From: Parcubacteria group bacterium M10-OD1-1
GTDB lineage: Bacteria > Patescibacteriota > Minisyncoccia > Moranbacterales > UBA2206
Length of the DNA stretch: 64,000 nucleotides
Assembly (NCBI GenBank): GCA_003056145.1
Contig: LSNL01000003.1
Coordinates: 4,345 to 68,344 of the forward strand
Direction of reading: 5' to 3'
The position numbers and the translations under genes are program-made. The notes under the pieces were generated by a model, which searched no databases, was not told the origin of the DNA, and was given only the letters and a program-made list of their open reading frames with translations. Position 1 is the stretch's first letter; each line of letters begins with the position of its first letter. Shown one piece after another: positions 59,684 through 64,000 of the stretch.

Positions 59684-60437
59684 AAAAAAGACTTCAGCTG
59701 AAATTAAATTAATGAGAGAAGGAGGGCATCTTTTAGCGGATATTATAGCTAAAATTGGACAAGCAATTATTCCTGGAGAGAATACTGAAAAGCTAGATCA
59801 ATTAGCTGAAGAATTAATTCGTAAACAAGGAGGAGACCCAATTTTTAAAGGGCAAGGAGGACCAGAAAATCCATTTCCGGCCACCATTTGTGCTTCTATC
59901 AATGAAGAAATTGTTCATGGTATACCTCAAAAGAATAAAATTATTCAAACTGGTGATTTAGTAAAAATTGATATTGGAATGCGATATAAAGGGATGGTTA
60001 CTGATATGGCTAGAACTTTTCCGGTAGGAGAAATTTCTTTAGTAGCAAAAAAATTAATTAAAGCTACTCAAGAGGGATTAAATTTAGGTATCAAAACAAT
60101 TAAAGACGGAGCTAAACTAAATGATTATTCTAAAGCTGTGGAGAGCTATGTTAAATCACTGGGTTTTTCAGTAGTGAGAGATTTGGTTGGACATGGGGTA
60201 GGCTACGAGTTGCACGAAGATCCTCAAATTCCTAATTATCAAACTAAAACTAAAGAAATTATTTTCCAAGAAGGAATGACTGTTGCCTTAGAGCCAATGA
60301 TTAATGAGGGAACTTTTAAGATTGATTTTTTAAATGATGGTTGGACTATTGTTACTCAAGATGGAAAACTTTCAGCTCATTTTGAAGATACAGTAGTGGT
60401 TAAAAAAAGGGGAGTAGAAATTTTAACTAGAAATTAA
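59676..60437 (+). CDS. map: Methionine aminopeptidase type I
   Basis: SINEEIVHGIP, GHGVG...HEDP, EPM and SAHFEDT motifs. Confidence 0.97.
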   Translation: MIRKKTSAEIKLMREGGHLLADIIAKIGQAIIPGENTEKLDQLAEELIRKQGGDPIFKGQGGPENPFPATICASINEEIVHGIPQKNKIIQTGDLVKIDIGMRYKGMVTDMARTFPVGEISLVAKKLIKATQEGLNLGIKTIKDGAKLNDYSKAVESYVKSLGFSVVRDLVGHGVGYELHEDPQIPNYQTKTKEIIFQEGMTVALEPMINEGTFKIDFLNDGWTIVTQDGKLSAHFEDTVVVKKRGVEILTRN

Positions 60438-60476
60438 AGGATAGAGTTATTTTTCAGTTATTTTTTAGTCAACTTT

Positions 60477-60875
60477 ATGGCAGAAGCTAATACTTATTTG
60501 GGAATAGATTATGGTTTATCTAAGGTAGGATTATCCTTAGCTGATGACGAAACTAGGATGGCTTTTTCTTATGGAATGATTTTAAATGATAAAAATTTTA
60601 TTCAAAATCTTTTAGCTATTATTAAAAAAGAAAAAGTCAAAAAAATTATTATTGGCATTCCTTATTATTTGAAAAAAAATATAATTTATGAGGGAGAAAA
60701 GCTTAAAAAAACATTAGAATTATTAATTGATGTAAGGATAGAATTTCAAGATGAAATGTTTACTACTAAAATTGCTCAAAGTAATCTTAAAGCTCAGGGC
60801 TTAAAAAAACTTAATCAAATAGATGATCAAGAATCTGCTAGAATTATTCTTCAGAGTTGGTTAGATAAAAAGTAA
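60477..60875 (+). CDS. yqgF: YqgF/RuvX pre-16S rRNA nuclease
   Basis: LGIDYG...GLSLAD, IIGIP, DEMFTT and SARIILQSWL motifs. Confidence 0.9.
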   Translation: MAEANTYLGIDYGLSKVGLSLADDETRMAFSYGMILNDKNFIQNLLAIIKKEKVKKIIIGIPYYLKKNIIYEGEKLKKTLELLIDVRIEFQDEMFTTKIAQSNLKAQGLKKLNQIDDQESARIILQSWLDKK

Positions 60876-60998
60876 AAATTAAAGGACTTTGGGCAATAAT
60901 TATTTTTGTGTTATAATTAAAACGCTTTATAATTAGCTTAAAATTAAATTAATTATAAATCAAAGCAACTGCTTAATTAATTTATTAAAACAAGAAAA

Positions 60999-61751
60999 AT
61001 GGAAAACATTCCTTATTTATCAGTTATTGTTCCTTCTTATAAAGAAGGTCAGCGAATTGGAGATAATCTTTTAGAAATAGAAAAATATTTAAATTCTCAG
61101 GATTATAGCTATGAAGTTTTAGTAGTCGTGGATGGTTCTCCTGATAATACAGCAGAAGTAGCTAGGAGTTTTCAGCATAAAGTAAAAAATTTAAGAGTAA
61201 TTGATAATCCAGAAAATCATGGTAAGGGTTATGTAGTTCGACAAGGTTTGTTAGCAGCAAAAGGTCAATACAGATTATTTTTAGACGCTGATGGCTCTAC
61301 CTCTATTAAACACCTAGATGTTTTTTTACCAGAGCTTAAAAAAGGTTTTGATGTAGTGATTGGTTCACGAGACATTCAAGGCGCTTATATTCAAGTTCAC
61401 CAACCAAAATATAGAGAAATTATGGGTAGTATGGGCAATTGGTTAATTAGAATTGTCTTAGGTCTTTGGACTTATCCTGATACTCAATGTGGTTTCAAAA
61501 TGCTTAATGCTAAGGCAGCTGAGGCTATTGCTAAACGAATGGTTGTTGACCGATTTGGTTTTGATTTTGAAATGATTATTTTAGCTAAAAAACTAGATTT
61601 TAAAATTAAACAAATGCCAGTTAGGTGGTTAAATGAAGAGGGCTCAACTGTTGGATTGACTGGACCAAATGGATTTATTCAAGTAATTATTGATTTATTT
61701 AAAACTAAAGGAAGATTATTATCAGAAAAATATCAAATAAAAGAAAAATAA
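60999..61751 (+). CDS. Glycosyltransferase family 2 (polyprenol-phosphate hexosyltransferase-like)
   Basis: SVIVPSYKE, VDGSPDNT, NHGKG, DADGS and DTQCGFK motifs. Confidence 0.9.
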   Translation: MENIPYLSVIVPSYKEGQRIGDNLLEIEKYLNSQDYSYEVLVVVDGSPDNTAEVARSFQHKVKNLRVIDNPENHGKGYVVRQGLLAAKGQYRLFLDADGSTSIKHLDVFLPELKKGFDVVIGSRDIQGAYIQVHQPKYREIMGSMGNWLIRIVLGLWTYPDTQCGFKMLNAKAAEAIAKRMVVDRFGFDFEMIILAKKLDFKIKQMPVRWLNEEGSTVGLTGPNGFIQVIIDLFKTKGRLLSEKYQIKEK

Positions 61752-61835
61752 AATGTAGATTAGTTAGGAAAATATTAGTCTAAATAGTTTTCCAAAAACT
61801 TCTAAAAGAAGAAGTCAACGAAAAATAAATACAAA

Positions 61836-62900
61836 ATGAGCGAGCAAAAATCAAAAGAAAAAAAAATTAAAATCGAATCTAACGAAAAATCAAAACTGAA
61901 ATCAAAATTAACAGAGTTAAGACAAGATTTAGTAACTGGAGATTGGGTAGTTATTGCAACTAGTCGGGCTAAGCGTCCGGAAGATTTTGCTAGGCAAAAA
62001 AGAAAAGAAATAGAAGAAAGCACTGAACATCAATGTTATTTTTGTTATCCTGAAGAAACTGGGCAAGAAAAAGATGTTTTAATTTATCAAGATAGCTATA
62101 AAGAATGGACATTGAGAGTGTTCCCTAATAAATATCCAGCTTTCATCCGAGGCAAAAGAGTAAAACACTTTGAGGAGGGTCCTTATTTTGGAATGGATGG
62201 AGTGGGTTACCACGAAATAGTAGTTACTAGAGATCATCAAAAGCAGATTGCTAATTTAGAAGTTTTAGCGGTAATGGAAATAATTGATGCTTATCAAGAC
62301 CGTTATATTAGCTTGATGAATAGAAAAAGTGTTAATTATATTGAAATTTTTCATAATCACGGGCAAGAAGCGGGAGCTTCAATTAATCATCCACATTCTC
62401 AGATAATGGCTATCCCTGTTATTTCTCCTTATGTACAACTAGAGCTCAAGGGAGCAGAAAATTATCATAAAAATAACAAGTATTGCGTTTATTGTGCTAT
62501 AATTAAATGGGAGCAAGAGAGTAGACAAAGAATTATTTTTGAAAATGATGATTTCTTAGTTTTTTGTCCTTATGCTTCTAGAGCGGCTTTTGAAGTTTGG
62601 GTAATACCTAAGAAACATCAGCCTTATTTTGAAAGGATGGGAAAGAAGGAGAAGTTTCAATTAGCTGAAGCTCTACAAATAGCGATTAAAAAAATTTATA
62701 CAGCTTTAGGAGATCCAGCGTATAATTTTTATCTTCATACTGCTCCTTGTGATGGAAGAGATTATCCTCATTTCCATTGGCATATTGAGATTTTGCCTCG
62801 TACTTCAATTTGGGCAGGCTTTGAACTCTCTACTGGAATTGAAATTTCCACTATTGAACCAGAAGTAGCCGCTCAATATTTAAAAAATATAGAGGATTAG
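61836..62900 (+). CDS. galT: Galactose-1-phosphate uridylyltransferase family protein
   Basis: RAKRP, CYFC, NKYPA, GASINHPHSQ and HWHIEI motifs. Confidence 0.9.
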   Translation: MSEQKSKEKKIKIESNEKSKLKSKLTELRQDLVTGDWVVIATSRAKRPEDFARQKRKEIEESTEHQCYFCYPEETGQEKDVLIYQDSYKEWTLRVFPNKYPAFIRGKRVKHFEEGPYFGMDGVGYHEIVVTRDHQKQIANLEVLAVMEIIDAYQDRYISLMNRKSVNYIEIFHNHGQEAGASINHPHSQIMAIPVISPYVQLELKGAENYHKNNKYCVYCAIIKWEQESRQRIIFENDDFLVFCPYASRAAFEVWVIPKKHQPYFERMGKKEKFQLAEALQIAIKKIYTALGDPAYNFYLHTAPCDGRDYPHFHWHIEILPRTSIWAGFELSTGIEISTIEPEVAAQYLKNIED

Positions 62901-62970
62901 AAATTGAAAAAGAAAGCAACCTTGTTTTTTATCAATATTTTTTTGATTGAGTGGTTTAATTATTTTTTTT

Positions 62971-63462
62971 ATGCAAAGTTTAATTATTTCCTATTTCTCT
63001 AATTTTCCCAAAGAGTGGGCAGTTTTTTTCTTGTCTATGATTCCTATCACAGAACTGCGGGCAACTATTCCTTTAGCAATTACCCAATTTGGAATGACCC
63101 CCTTAACAGTATTTTTTTATGCGGTAATGGGTAATACAATTATGGGAGCTTTAGTAATTTCAATAGTAGAACCGATTACTAAGTTAGCTATTAACAAAGT
63201 TAGCTTTTTACGTCGCTTTTGGGAGCACTATATTAATAGAATTGTTACTAATAATCAAAACAAGTTTGAAAAATGGGGAGCATTAGCTTTGATTACTTTT
63301 ATTGCTATCCCTTTACCAATGACAGGCGCTTTTACTGGAGCGGTCGCCGCTTCTATTTTTCGTGTTCCTTTTAAAAAGGCTGTACCAGTAATTTTTATCG
63401 GTTGTGCTATTGCTGGCATTATTGTAACGATGTTGACTTTATGGATTGGTAAAATGGCATAA
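62971..63462 (+). CDS. COG2426 / small multi-drug export family membrane protein
   Basis: SMIPITELRATIP and FIAIPLPMTGAFTG; ATG at 62971 preferred. Confidence 0.85.
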   Translation: MQSLIISYFSNFPKEWAVFFLSMIPITELRATIPLAITQFGMTPLTVFFYAVMGNTIMGALVISIVEPITKLAINKVSFLRRFWEHYINRIVTNNQNKFEKWGALALITFIAIPLPMTGAFTGAVAASIFRVPFKKAVPVIFIGCAIAGIIVTMLTLWIGKMA

Positions 63463-63547
63463 TTTAAAAGATAAAAAAACAATAAATAACTAAAAGAAGA
63501 TAATTCTTAAGTTGAATAAATTTATTTTGATAAACTAATGAAAAATT

Positions 63548-64000
63548 ATGAATAAACTAATTGTAGGAAATTTAAAAATGAATTTATTGAGTATTGATGA
63601 GCGAGAACAATATCTCAATTTGTTTAAAAGAGAGTTAAAAGGTAAAAAATTGGAGAAAGTGGATTTATTATTAGCTCCTCCTTTTGTGCATTTAGAAGGA
63701 TTTAAAAAAGCTAAAATAAAAAATTTATCTCTCGGGGCTCAAAATATGTTTTGGGAGAAAAAAGGTTCTTTTACAGGAGAAATATCTCCGAGTATGCTAA
63801 AAAATCTAGGCAATGATTTTGTTATTTTAGGTCATAGCGAAAGAAGAAAATATTTTCAAGAAAATGATCAGACTATTAATTTAAAAGTTCAAATAGCCTT
63901 AAAAGAAGGATTACGTCCTATCCTTTGTGTCGGAGAAACTGGAGAAGAGAAAGAAGCTAATAAAACTTTAACTGTTATCAAAAGAGAAATTAAAAACGCT
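63548..64000 (+). CDS. tpiA: Triosephosphate isomerase (3' end runs off the window)
   Basis: Manual translation: IVGNLKMN, GAQN, GSFTGEISP, ILGHSERR and PILCVGET. Confidence 0.95.
   Translation, partial: MNKLIVGNLKMNLLSIDEREQYLNLFKRELKGKKLEKVDLLLAPPFVHLEGFKKAKIKNLSLGAQNMFWEKKGSFTGEISPSMLKNLGNDFVILGHSERRKYFQENDQTINLKVQIALKEGLRPILCVGETGEEKEANKTLTVIKREIKNA

Noticed and set aside
1-64000. Genetic code 25 (TGA = Gly), as in Gracilibacteria/Absconditabacteria
   Set aside because: Core genes are full length under code 11 and TGA ends infB, rpsJ and idi.
1-64000. CRISPR array, rRNA genes or IS elements
   Set aside because: No regularly spaced repeats, rRNA-like sequence or transposase ORFs were seen.

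Overview
A low-GC bacterial chromosome segment that looks like Patescibacteria (CPR, Parcubacteria/Moranbacteria-like). Supporting signs are the absence of rpmD/L30 from the spc operon, tandem TrbC/VirB2-type pilins, a minimal TsaB, a short IF-2 and core genes that mostly lack Shine-Dalgarno (SD) sequences. Most of the window is housekeeping: infB-rbfA-nrnA-nfo, nusA-ppaC-tig-clpP, gpmI, rny, hup, rpoBC, ftsK-rodZ-recA, ndk, rpmB, trxB, the str/S10/spc ribosomal protein cluster through secY-adk-map, yqgF, galT, tpiA, and three tRNAs (Ser-CGA, Pro-TGG, Gly-TCC). The most unusual feature is three GC-richer islets of genes with no recognisable family (about 5.1-8.2 kb next to tRNA-Ser, 22.4-23.96 kb, and 38.8-39.5 kb). 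They share an expression layout: an extended -10 sigma70 promoter (two copies match at 33/41 nt), a boxA-like motif, a hairpin, a strong SD, and an intrinsic terminator. The tRNA-Ser islet also carries many long G.U-rich stem-loops and apparent conformational switches. All homology calls come from motif recognition by eye; no database searches or folding programs were run.
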